From Naegleria gruberi (Eukaryota), in the NCBI GenBank assembly GCA_000004985.1, contig GG738915.1: 64,000 nt of DNA; one strand, given 5' to 3'. Position 1 is the first letter of the stretch. The number at the start of each line of letters is the position of its first letter. Below are positions 42,099 through 51,422 of this stretch, piece by piece. The notes under the pieces are model-generated. The model was given only the letters and a program-made list of their open reading frames with translations, did not search any database and was not told where the DNA came from. Position numbers and translations under genes: made by a program.

Positions 42099-43539
42099 TT
42101 AGATAAATCTTCTTTCCTTTGGGATGTAATTTCTTTGGGAGAGTTCATACTTGTAGGCTTCATCCAATTTGAATAATAATCTTGTTGGATATTCATCGAG
42201 TGGGAATTCTGAAAGGAAAGATCTTTCAATAAATGTTCTTGCATCTAAACCCATAACTGTACGGTCCTTAATTTTGTACACTCCAATATAATCCTCGCAG
42301 TAAACATCTTCGTATTGCTTGATTGATTCTCTTGTAAATATTTTACATGGCAATTTGAGAGATGTGAAATAATCAAAATGGTTAAATTGAGCTGCCATAA
42401 AGTCGATGAATAATTCCTCTTGGTTGGCTGTGTTGTCCACTTCTTCCAAAATTAATCTTGACCATATGTGCTTGTCAAAATCTCTGACTACAACATCACC
42501 CTTGTGAATAGCATACCAATTGACAGATTTGCATCTCACATTACCAAATTGCAATCCGAAATTTGATAATCTATACAATTTCCACTCTCCACTAGATTTA
42601 GAAGGGAGCATTATGAAAATCTCCTTATTATTAGCTTTCAATCTGAAAAGAGATCTAATCCAAGCAAGATTAGCAAATCCATTTGGTTTCTTTTCTCCAT
42701 GTGAAAATTTGTAGTAATATTGATGAGATATTGGGAATTCAGTATCGGTAGCAATTTTTGGAATGGTACAATAAACATTACTATAATCCAATATTGGTTG
42801 GAGTGTTCCCTTATTTTTCTTAGCAAGTTCCTCAAAGTATGTCACCTCCTGTTGAATACTTTCTTGGTGAGCAATGAATTTTTCAGGTGGACAAGGAATA
42901 TCAAAACATTTTCCTTCACTCTTTGGATCAAAGTAATCCTCAACTTGCCAAGTATCATGGTATGGTTTGTGTAAAATTGATCTCAATTGTTTCACAGAGA
43001 AAATATACTTGTTTGTCTGTTCGCATCCCAAGCCAATCAATGTTGTCAAATTAATATAATCTGGAAATAATGCTTTTTGAAGATCCACCAATTTTTGATT
43101 GGTTGGCAATCGGAGCATGGCATCCAAAAGAACTGCACAAATTTAAATCAAAACAAATTAAATTGCCAATACAAACCTTTGTATGCCATCACATTGTTAT
43201 TTGGTGCAATACTTTGAATCAATCTAATAATTGCTTTTTCATTCAATGGATCAAGGTTTAACACTTGATTACAATCGAAAATAGCTTGTTCATACTCTTT
43301 CTATAAACATATTAACAACAGTCAACCAACCACAAAATCCAAAAACCTACCAAAGACAAACAAGCTTGTGCTCTATTATTAAAAACTCTCACATATTGTT
43401 GCTTTACTTCCTCCGATGACTGATCGCCAACCATCGATAACAATCGGATGGCTTCCGAATACACTTCCTTGGCTTGAGCAAACTTTTTTTCTCTCACAAA
43501 ATTATTTCCCTGACCAATCACGTTCTCAATTTGTTCCAT
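42099..43539 (-). CDS. TPR-repeat protein with ~340-aa uncharacterised C-terminal domain. Exons complement(join(42099..43132,43177..43300,43351..43539)).
   Basis: TPR helices 'AQAKEVYSEAIRL...NNRAQACLSL|KEYEQAIFDCNQVLNLDPLNEKAIIR'. Introns are 50 nt (GTAGGT..tatag) and 44 nt (GTTTGT..tgcag). Confidence 0.55.
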
Positions 43540-43851
43540 TTTTTTGATGGTTTTAATAATAGTCACTCAATTTTTATAAGGAACGTTAAGGTATGAAGTA
43601 AGAAATAATTTTTGATTTCAGGGAACAAGACCAGATGAGAAGAATGAATAATTGTTTTGCTAATTTCCAATTATTTGGGCTTCTAATTGGAAGTTTTAGA
43701 AAGTTTGGAAACAGCAAAAATCTAAAATCAAAAAAATCAAAAGTTTTTGGTGTTTTATTCTCTGCACGTCTTTGTAAATATATATATTAGCAAAATCAAC
43801 AACAAGAACCAACAAACAACAATAGCCTATTTATTTTGATAGAAGTTAACA

Positions 43852-45693
43852 ATGGAATCCTACTGGCTCGGACCTAATAATGAAGTCTCTCAAGTGCCTA
43901 CAAATAATGATTCATCCTCTCCTGTGAATGATGATGAGGATTTTAATAGTAATACAAGAAGTGAAGAAGTAACCTCTTCGGTGGCTACAAGTACAATCCT
44001 GATGGATAGACAACAAAACCAACAACATCATCATCATCATCAATCGAATAATCATCATAATCATGATTCACCTCAGAGTAATAATAATAACAATGATCAA
44101 AGAGAGGATATGATTTCGGAATCACCTACAAAATTTAATAGCTACTTGGATAATGTATTAAAATCGAGTTTCATGACCAATTTAATTGTGTCGTATTGGG
44201 ACAATAATATGGGTCCTCGACCTTTGAAAATTTGGAATGGAACAGTACCAAGAAGTGAAATTCTAACAGATGATACCCTCTTGTTTATTTCTAGATTTTC
44301 AATGATGGATGATATGCCAAGATATGAAGAAATTGGACCAAATATTGAAATTAAATTTAATATCATGTCGGATTTGAATGTAATGGTACTAACAGCTGTA
44401 TTTTGCAGTAAAAATTGGGAAAAGGGAACATCAAGGTCGTTCTTTAGGAGAAAGGTTGATCCTCCACCAACTTTATTTACAATCAGTATTGTAATGAATA
44501 GAGAAAATCTCTCCAAATTTATGGTCATTAATTTTATCATGAAGGAAAAACTCATTACACTTGCCAAGATTATGAAACACTTTGCTGATCAATATACCAA
44601 TTCGAATCAGAATGAAGTTATTTCAAATTTCGAGAACCATTTACATGAATTTGTACAATTATACGATTCTCTGAGTAGAATTGTTTATAGCCCGCCATCA
44701 ATGAATTTGTATACTACTTTATTCAGTGAAGAAATTTCACTGAAAAGACTCTATGAAAGTGAAGAGGAATCAATATTTCTCCAACGAGCAATATCATCAC
44801 ATTTAGAAACACATGGTTATAGTGTAGTGGTTGGCTTACCTAATCAATTGAGGGAAATCAATGTTTGGGTGAATACATTGGCCATGTTCCTTTCACAACA
44901 CGAGAAACAATTAATCAAACATGCCAAAAAGATTGAAGCTACAAAACTACCAACAGAAATTCAAACAGTTGTAAAAACTAGTTTCTTCAAGAGAGCCTCA
45001 GCACCAGTTAAAATGTTGGATCCTGAAAATCTATTCAAACCTGAAATATTTGTACAAGGTCTTGTAGTTACACCTGATGTTTCGCATTGGAAAGACTTGA
45101 TACCTACAAAATCACTACTATCTGGTAGATATCCAATATCAGTTATAGATTTAAAAGATAGAAAAGTATATTCCTTTAAAAAGTATCAGTATTTCCAAGC
45201 TTTTAAGCAGGAATTCTTTGAAGAATCCGAGTCAAAGAATATTCTCAATGATTTTGGAATTCAAAACACTGGTAACGACAAACAATTTAGAGATCACTAT
45301 GAAGAGGCTAGAAGAATTTGCACAAGTGTTCAAGAGCTGTTCTATGTCATTCTCAAAGTTATGCCCCTAACAATATATCCCTCTATGAGATATTCCCTCA
45401 TTTCTGAGTTTGTTCGGCTTCTTAATAGAAAGGCGTTGGCACTTGCAAAATACGTTCATTCAATGAGGAATGTGGAAATGATAGCGCCTGCCAAAATTCA
45501 AAAGGTTCTAGTGAAACATGTTATGATTAATAATAGTGTTCAGAAATACAGACCTGATGATTTGACTTCTGAATTAATGGCCATTACTGCTACAGCAGAG
45601 AAATTACAACACGGAGTTTATACAATAGTAACAGGAGATCCAAGACAAGAGGCAGAAGATGTTGTTAACTTTTTGGGGTCGACAAATTTCTAA
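43852..45693 (+). CDS. C9orf72: C9orf72 orthologue (DENN-like longin-domain GEF-complex subunit)
   Basis: 'LIVSYWDNNMGPRPLKIWNG' (human 'ATFAYWDNILGPRVRHIWAP'). 'LQRAISSHLETHGYSVVVGLPNQ' (human 'LLNAISSHLQTCGCSVVVGSSAE'). 'FVQGLVVTPD' (human 'FVQGLLKDST'). The N-terminus is low-complexity and His-rich. Confidence 0.7.
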   Translation: MESYWLGPNNEVSQVPTNNDSSSPVNDDEDFNSNTRSEEVTSSVATSTILMDRQQNQQHHHHHQSNNHHNHDSPQSNNNNNDQREDMISESPTKFNSYLDNVLKSSFMTNLIVSYWDNNMGPRPLKIWNGTVPRSEILTDDTLLFISRFSMMDDMPRYEEIGPNIEIKFNIMSDLNVMVLTAVFCSKNWEKGTSRSFFRRKVDPPPTLFTISIVMNRENLSKFMVINFIMKEKLITLAKIMKHFADQYTNSNQNEVISNFENHLHEFVQLYDSLSRIVYSPPSMNLYTTLFSEEISLKRLYESEEESIFLQRAISSHLETHGYSVVVGLPNQLREINVWVNTLAMFLSQHEKQLIKHAKKIEATKLPTEIQTVVKTSFFKRASAPVKMLDPENLFKPEIFVQGLVVTPDVSHWKDLIPTKSLLSGRYPISVIDLKDRKVYSFKKYQYFQAFKQEFFEESESKNILNDFGIQNTGNDKQFRDHYEEARRICTSVQELFYVILKVMPLTIYPSMRYSLISEFVRLLNRKALALAKYVHSMRNVEMIAPAKIQKVLVKHVMINNSVQKYRPDDLTSELMAITATAEKLQHGVYTIVTGDPRQEAEDVVNFLGSTNF

Positions 45694-45842
45694 TAGTTCC
45701 TTAATAAAAATACACGATTCTTCAAATAGCCTTTAACAGTGGAGAACCTTCTCATTTGTGAACAAAAGGACGATTGAGAAAAGATGGCAACCCACCATAC
45801 ACTAATATTCTATATTTCGTTCAATAAATATTTATTCAAAAT

Positions 45843-47055
45843 TTAGTTAAGCTTAACAATGTTAGCCTTCAAAGACTTGATGACATTCTTTGGTTCAGCA
45901 CTTGGACAGGCATGAACGAACTTACAGATCTTGGTTGGGGTAACAGCAAGAAGGAGTTTTTGAACAAGGACAGGTGTATAGGTATCAACCAAATTTTCAC
46001 AGGCTGGTCCGAAGGTGGATGGCAATTTAGCACAGACCTTGTCCAATTTGTCTTCAACAAACTTGTCAATTGATTGTTGATTGATTTCTCTTTGGACGAG
46101 TTCCATAGCCATAATACAAGCTGGACAGATGGCCAACTTCTTGATTTCAGAGGTCATGACTGGAGCAGCGAATTGCTTAGCAATGAAAGCTTGCTTGGAT
46201 GAACACAAGTGCAAACCAGAACAGATTTGAGATGGGGAGTTGTGATCTTCGAGCTTCTTGATAATGTATGGAACCATTCTAGCAATAGACAAACAAGTTT
46301 GAGTAAAGACAGATGGAATGTTTGAGCACAATTGGTTCAACTTCTTTTGGATTTCTTGTTGAGAGTGATTAGAGTTGATGAAGTTTTCAATTTGACCAAC
46401 AGCATACTTGCAGATTTCACATTCAGCATCACCAGCCTTAGCTTCAGCCTTTGGAGCTTCAACAACAGGGGTAGCAACTGGAGCTTCAACAGTAGAGTTC
46501 TTTGGGCAGAGTGGCAATTGATCAGTACAGACTCTGACTGGAGTTTCATAGGTAATCAAAGCATTCAACAATTCATGACCATAGACGAGAACAACAGTGT
46601 TACAGATCTTTCCGAATTGGTTATCACCCAATTGAGAACAGACACCGAGGAGGGCCTTTTCAATAGCTGTAATAACAACAACAAGATAATGATGATGAAT
46701 ATTTAACATTTAGAGTGTTAATAAATAACATACCTGGTTCTTCCTTGAGGGCAAGGGCTTCAACAGTTTGGACAGCATATTCACAGACGCTACAGAATTG
46801 GCTTGGAGCAGCAGTAGTGAATGAGAGGGAGGCTATAGTACCATAATATAACATATTTCATCAATGTCCACAAAAATTATTAAATAACGATCATCCAACA
46901 TCATTTCATCATATTCAAAAATAATAATCATCGTCATTATCGCATCATGATATGTATATTTAATAATATTAATATTCCCTTCTATTGATGATGATTAAAT
47001 ACTACATACCAACAATAGCCAACAAGACGGCAACAATAATGGTGGAGGTCTTCAT
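45843..47055 (-). CDS. Multi-saposin-domain precursor (signal peptide plus three SapB domains; prosaposin/naegleriapore-precursor-like). Exons complement(join(45843..46666,46734..46832,47010..47055)).
   Basis: Signal 'MKTSTIIVAVLLAIVG'. The three 6-Cys SapB units are 'CSVCEYAVQTVEAL...VCTDQLPLC', 'CEICKYAVGQIENF...ICSGLHLC' and 'CPACIMAMELVQRE...ICKFVHAC'. Introns are 177 nt and 67 nt (GTATGT donors). Confidence 0.8.
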
Positions 47056-47855
47056 TTTTTTTTAACGATTGTTTTTAAATCTTGTGATGAGGAGGGTACT
47101 TACTCTCGGAGTTAAAGAGTTTGAGGTCCTAAAGAATTATTAAGAGATGATTGGTGAATGATTTGAGAAGCTTCGATACTGCAGGACCTAACTGACATTT
47201 TGTAATCATCGTTGTAATGTGGTATTAATTGGTTGAATCCATAAGATTGATATGGATCATTAATTTGGTAGATTAAAAGGGAGTTTATCTTGAAATTAGT
47301 GAATTTGTCTGAATCCATAAGATTGATACTAATCATGAATGATCATTAGTATTAAAAAAAAGAGGAGCTTTGTAACACAATGATGATTTCTCACCTTATT
47401 AATATTTATTGACCATTTTACCACAACAAATCCATTAATATTTAGTGATTTTTTTAGAGGATCCTCACCTAACCAGAAGACAAACATGATCTCAAATATG
47501 TTTTTCCTCAATCCAATATTTTCTTATTTCCTTTTTGAATATCCTAATCCAAATAATTCTTTCTTTGTTTCCTACAATTCAAAGAATGTTTCATTTCTAG
47601 CTAGAAACCTTCCTGTTGGTATGATTAGAGTGGCTCTTTATAAGAAGGAATAATTTGTTTGTCTCGATTTTTTCATTCTCCTGTTTGTATTTATCGCCTC
47701 AAACCGGTGAAAGGTTGTTGGTTTATTTCTTTTGATGATTTTTGTGAAGTTTGTGAATTCCAACAATGAAATTTTTATTTTTAGAACTCACGAATGATTT
47801 AAGCAAACAATTAACTCTTGTTTGAATTAACCAAACATAAAAAAACAGCAACACA

Positions 47856-48908
47856 ATGTCCCTCACAGCTACTTCTCATTATCAATTTGCCCACAATGAA
47901 TTTGTTGGCATGTCTCATTATCAAAAACTGTTGTACATTCAAAGCAGGAAGGTTGAGGCAAATCCACTCTTCTGCACCACTTGTCGAACTCAAGAATATG
48001 TCGTTGAGGATTATTCTCAAGGATGTATGGTTTGTAGGGGATGTGGTGTGGTTGTACAGAATCAGTTAATCAGTACAGATGAAGGTAAGTTGTAACATTA
48101 GTAACATTAATACGAAACATGATGTAAAGAACAAAGAAATTTCCAGAATGATGATGGTGTTGAAGACAAATCACGTACTTCAAAAGCCAATAGCAATGAG
48201 TTATTGGATGGGGATTTGGAGACATCTATTGCTAGAGTTCCTGGTCAATCAGGGCAACTTGTTAGAACACAAATGAAAATTAACGAAACAACAGAGAAAT
48301 CCGAATCAACTCTCAAAACAGCTTTTAGTGAAATTAGCAGATTTGTAGAATTAGTGGGAGCAACACCTAAAAGTGCATTCACAATTCAACAAATCTTCAA
48401 AGCACTTTACACATTTAAAAAGGTCAACTCTAAAAATTTGAAATCTTCAATCGGTGCATGTTTATACAAGGGATTGAAGATTGAAGGAAGTGCAATCACC
48501 ATTAAGGAAGTCTGCGTCCATGTCAAGGTTTCCGAAAAGAAATTGAATAGAATGGTAATGCAATTGGGTAAAATTGATTCTCTCAAAGAATTACTAGCTC
48601 AGGATACTCACTCTCCAAAATCATTCATTGAAACAATTGCTCAAAAGTTGAGTTTGCCAACCAAGATTCTCTCATTTGCTCTGGATATTTGTGAGAGAGC
48701 TCTTTCTAGTGGTGTCGATGCAGGAAAGAGTCCTTCAACTGTTGCAGCTGCTTGCATTGTGTTTGCTTCTCAAAATCACAAAGATCAGCAACATGTGAAA
48801 AGTGAGAAGGACGTCGAGGCCATTTCTGGAATAACTAGAGAAACAATCAGAAAGGCAGTCAAGGATTTTAACATGCACAAACAATCCCTATTGAAAATCA
48901 ATAAATAG
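47856..48908 (+). CDS. TFIIB: General transcription factor TFIIB (zinc ribbon plus two cyclin-like repeats). Exons join(47856..48084,48130..48908).
   Basis: Zn-ribbon 'CTTCRTQEYVVEDYSQGCMVCRGCGVVV'. A 45-nt intron (GTAAGT...taaag) gives 'STDEEQRNFQNDDG' (human 'GSEWRTFSNDKA'), then 'LLDGDLETSIARVPG' (human 'LLSDGDLSTMIGKGTG') and cyclin folds. The N-terminal extent upstream of the ribbon is uncertain. Confidence 0.8.
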
Positions 48909-49013
48909 CAACACTAACCTTATCATTATTCAATTGTTTTTGGCTTTCCAAAAATCTGTGTTTTCAATCCAAAACTTGGCGGGAAATTCCAAATAAGTAA
49001 TTATTAAAAAAAA

Positions 49014-51023
49014 ATGTTGAAAAGGACAAGGAACCTCGTTGCTGCCTCAAAGCAAGGACAACAATTACTATTGGCCACTCATAATTTATATGGATTTAAA
49101 AAGCCAACAACAACAACAACATGTTCATCGTCATCAGCACTTGTTGGTAATTTTAGTACAAATCGCTCTGCATTGTTTATTCATCCCGATGAATTAATTC
49201 CAACTAAAAAGCCAGTCAATAGATTTTCGAGAAAGTTTGTTCCATTCACTAGAAAATCAGCCAGTGAATATGAAGAAGACCAAACAATTGAAAGTCAGAA
49301 AGTATTAATTGAAGGAGGGTATATTAAACAAATTTCTTCGGGTGTCTATACATTCCTTCCACTGGGTACAAAAGTATTGGAAAGATTAACATTCATCATT
49401 GATAAATCATTACAGAAAATTGGATGCGAAAAGATTGTCATGCCATCATTAATTCAATCAGAGTTGTGGGAAGAAACAGGAAGATGGCAAACTGCTGGAA
49501 AGGAATTATTTAGATTATCGGATAGAAAGGACCATCAATTCTGTCTTGCTCCAACTCATGAGGAATGTGTTACAGATGTTGTTCGTTCTCTTGCATCAAG
49601 TTACAAACAAACTCCACTTAGACTCTATCAAATTGGTGTCAAGTTCAGAGATGAATTGAGACCAAGATATGGTTTGATGAGAGCAAAGGAATTTATTATG
49701 AAGGATTTATACTCTTTTGATATTGATAGAGAAAGAGCTTATCAATCCTATGACGAAGTTGTTGGAGCTTATAAGCAAATTTTCGATTTACTTGGACTTG
49801 ACTATGCCATGGTTGAGGCTGATACAGGAAATATTGGTGGTGACAAATCACATGAATTCCAAGTCTTGTCTGAGGTTGGTGAGGATTTTGTTTGTAGATG
49901 TAGTTGTGGAAAGAAATATTCTGCCAATATTGAAAAGGGTGAAGGTGTAGCTCCAGAAGTTTTTTCAAATGTTAATAATCGCGAATATTTCAAGGAAACT
50001 AAACCACTCTCGACCAATATTGATACATTGACATCATTGCTCGATGAATTAGCTCCAAATTATGATATTCACTTTGCTACATCAGAACCTGTAAAACACT
50101 TGCAAAGATCTAGAGTTGGCTACACTAGAACCATTATTGTTACTCAAAAGGGAGACACTGTAAATGAAATTAAGGTTAAGGATGCTGTTAAGAGTTTGGA
50201 AAAGACAGAAATTTCACTTGGACAAATTGTTCGTTATGCATCTGTTAAGGATACAATCAAACACAAGACAAGTGCTAGAGTCTTGATATTAATGGATTCT
50301 TCTGTTGAATCTTCAATTGTTGATAAATTGACAACAGGAGGTGATATTGAAGGTCAAAAGACATTCTTGAGATCTGTAAACCAAAATGATATTTGTATTA
50401 ATAATTCTTCAGAATGTAAGAACACTCCAATGATCATTAAGAAGGGTATTGAAATTGGTCACGTTTTCTACTTGGGTAAGAAATATAGTGAACCAATGAA
50501 GGTTTTCTTCTCTAGTGAACAAGGCAAGAGAGATGTTGCTGAGATGGGTTGTTATGGTATTGGTGTTTCTAGATTGCTCCAATCAGTCGCTGAAACACAC
50601 AAGACTGAGAAGGGTATCTGTTGGCCAATGTGTATTGCTCCAATTAGAGCTTACATGACTCCAATGGTACCAACTGCCAAGATGTTGCCAGATTTGACAC
50701 CTGAAGAATTTGAAAAGAAGAGACAACAAATTATTGAGGCTTCTGAGGAATTCTATCACAAATTGAATGCTGTCAGTGCTTTCAGAGGTGAAGTCCTTTT
50801 TGATGATAGATTGAAGGAAAGACCACCAGTCAAGCTCTATGATGGTGTCAAGTTTGGTTCTCCATACATTATTGTCATTGGCAAGGATTATTTGGAAAAT
50901 AGAACATTTGAAATTCAAGATAGAGCCAACAATGTAACGTTACACATGACTGAATCAGAAGCATTGGAATTCTTTGAAAAGGTCTCACAAGATTTTGAAA
51001 AGCAAATGTCTGTTCTCTATTAA
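49014..51023 (+). CDS. PARS2: Prolyl-tRNA synthetase, bacterial-type with INS editing domain and N-terminal organellar presequence (mitochondrial ProRS)
   Basis: Class II motif 2 'FRDELRPRYGLMRAKEFIMKD', an insertion domain between motifs 2 and 3, and the C-terminal anticodon-binding domain. The presequence is 'MLKRTRNLVAASKQ'. Confidence 0.85.
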   Translation: MLKRTRNLVAASKQGQQLLLATHNLYGFKKPTTTTTCSSSSALVGNFSTNRSALFIHPDELIPTKKPVNRFSRKFVPFTRKSASEYEEDQTIESQKVLIEGGYIKQISSGVYTFLPLGTKVLERLTFIIDKSLQKIGCEKIVMPSLIQSELWEETGRWQTAGKELFRLSDRKDHQFCLAPTHEECVTDVVRSLASSYKQTPLRLYQIGVKFRDELRPRYGLMRAKEFIMKDLYSFDIDRERAYQSYDEVVGAYKQIFDLLGLDYAMVEADTGNIGGDKSHEFQVLSEVGEDFVCRCSCGKKYSANIEKGEGVAPEVFSNVNNREYFKETKPLSTNIDTLTSLLDELAPNYDIHFATSEPVKHLQRSRVGYTRTIIVTQKGDTVNEIKVKDAVKSLEKTEISLGQIVRYASVKDTIKHKTSARVLILMDSSVESSIVDKLTTGGDIEGQKTFLRSVNQNDICINNSSECKNTPMIIKKGIEIGHVFYLGKKYSEPMKVFFSSEQGKRDVAEMGCYGIGVSRLLQSVAETHKTEKGICWPMCIAPIRAYMTPMVPTAKMLPDLTPEEFEKKRQQIIEASEEFYHKLNAVSAFRGEVLFDDRLKERPPVKLYDGVKFGSPYIIVIGKDYLENRTFEIQDRANNVTLHMTESEALEFFEKVSQDFEKQMSVLY

Positions 51024-51051
51024 AAATTCCTTACAAAATCATCAATAAAAA

Positions 51052-51417
51052 ATGAGTAAACAACAAACAACTACAAACACCTTACCAACAACATCAACTT
51101 CGGAGGATGATAACATTCGGGAACCTTTTTATATTTATCTTCAAAATAGCGAGTTGAATACCAATTTGCAAAAATACATTTCTGCCTTTGTGCAACATAT
51201 TGCTAGTATTTTGGAACAGGATGCTCCTAATATTCGAAGAATAGTTTCTTTTTTACCAGAAAGAAATGGTATTCTGTTATTTGGATTTAGAAGATCAACG
51301 ATCAAGGTTTTATATTCATTTCTAAAAAGTTTGGATAAAAAGAAGAATAATATTAATTTTGAAATTAATCTAGTTTTGGTAGAATCTCACAAGATGACAA
51401 ATAATTTCAATTTTTAA
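51052..51417 (+). CDS. Hypothetical small protein (121 aa)
   Basis: ATG ORF in a tight gap between the ProRS gene and the CAX gene 3' end. No recognised domain. Confidence 0.35.
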   Translation: MSKQQTTTNTLPTTSTSEDDNIREPFYIYLQNSELNTNLQKYISAFVQHIASILEQDAPNIRRIVSFLPERNGILLFGFRRSTIKVLYSFLKSLDKKKNNINFEINLVLVESHKMTNNFNF

Positions 51418-51422
51418 TTTAT

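Noticed and set aside
47112-47511. Two small minus-strand ORFs (47112..47336, 47329..47511) in the saposin/TFIIB spacer
   Set aside because: They have no start-context or homology support, lie in the AT-rich intergenic/promoter region containing the direct repeat, and are probably non-coding.
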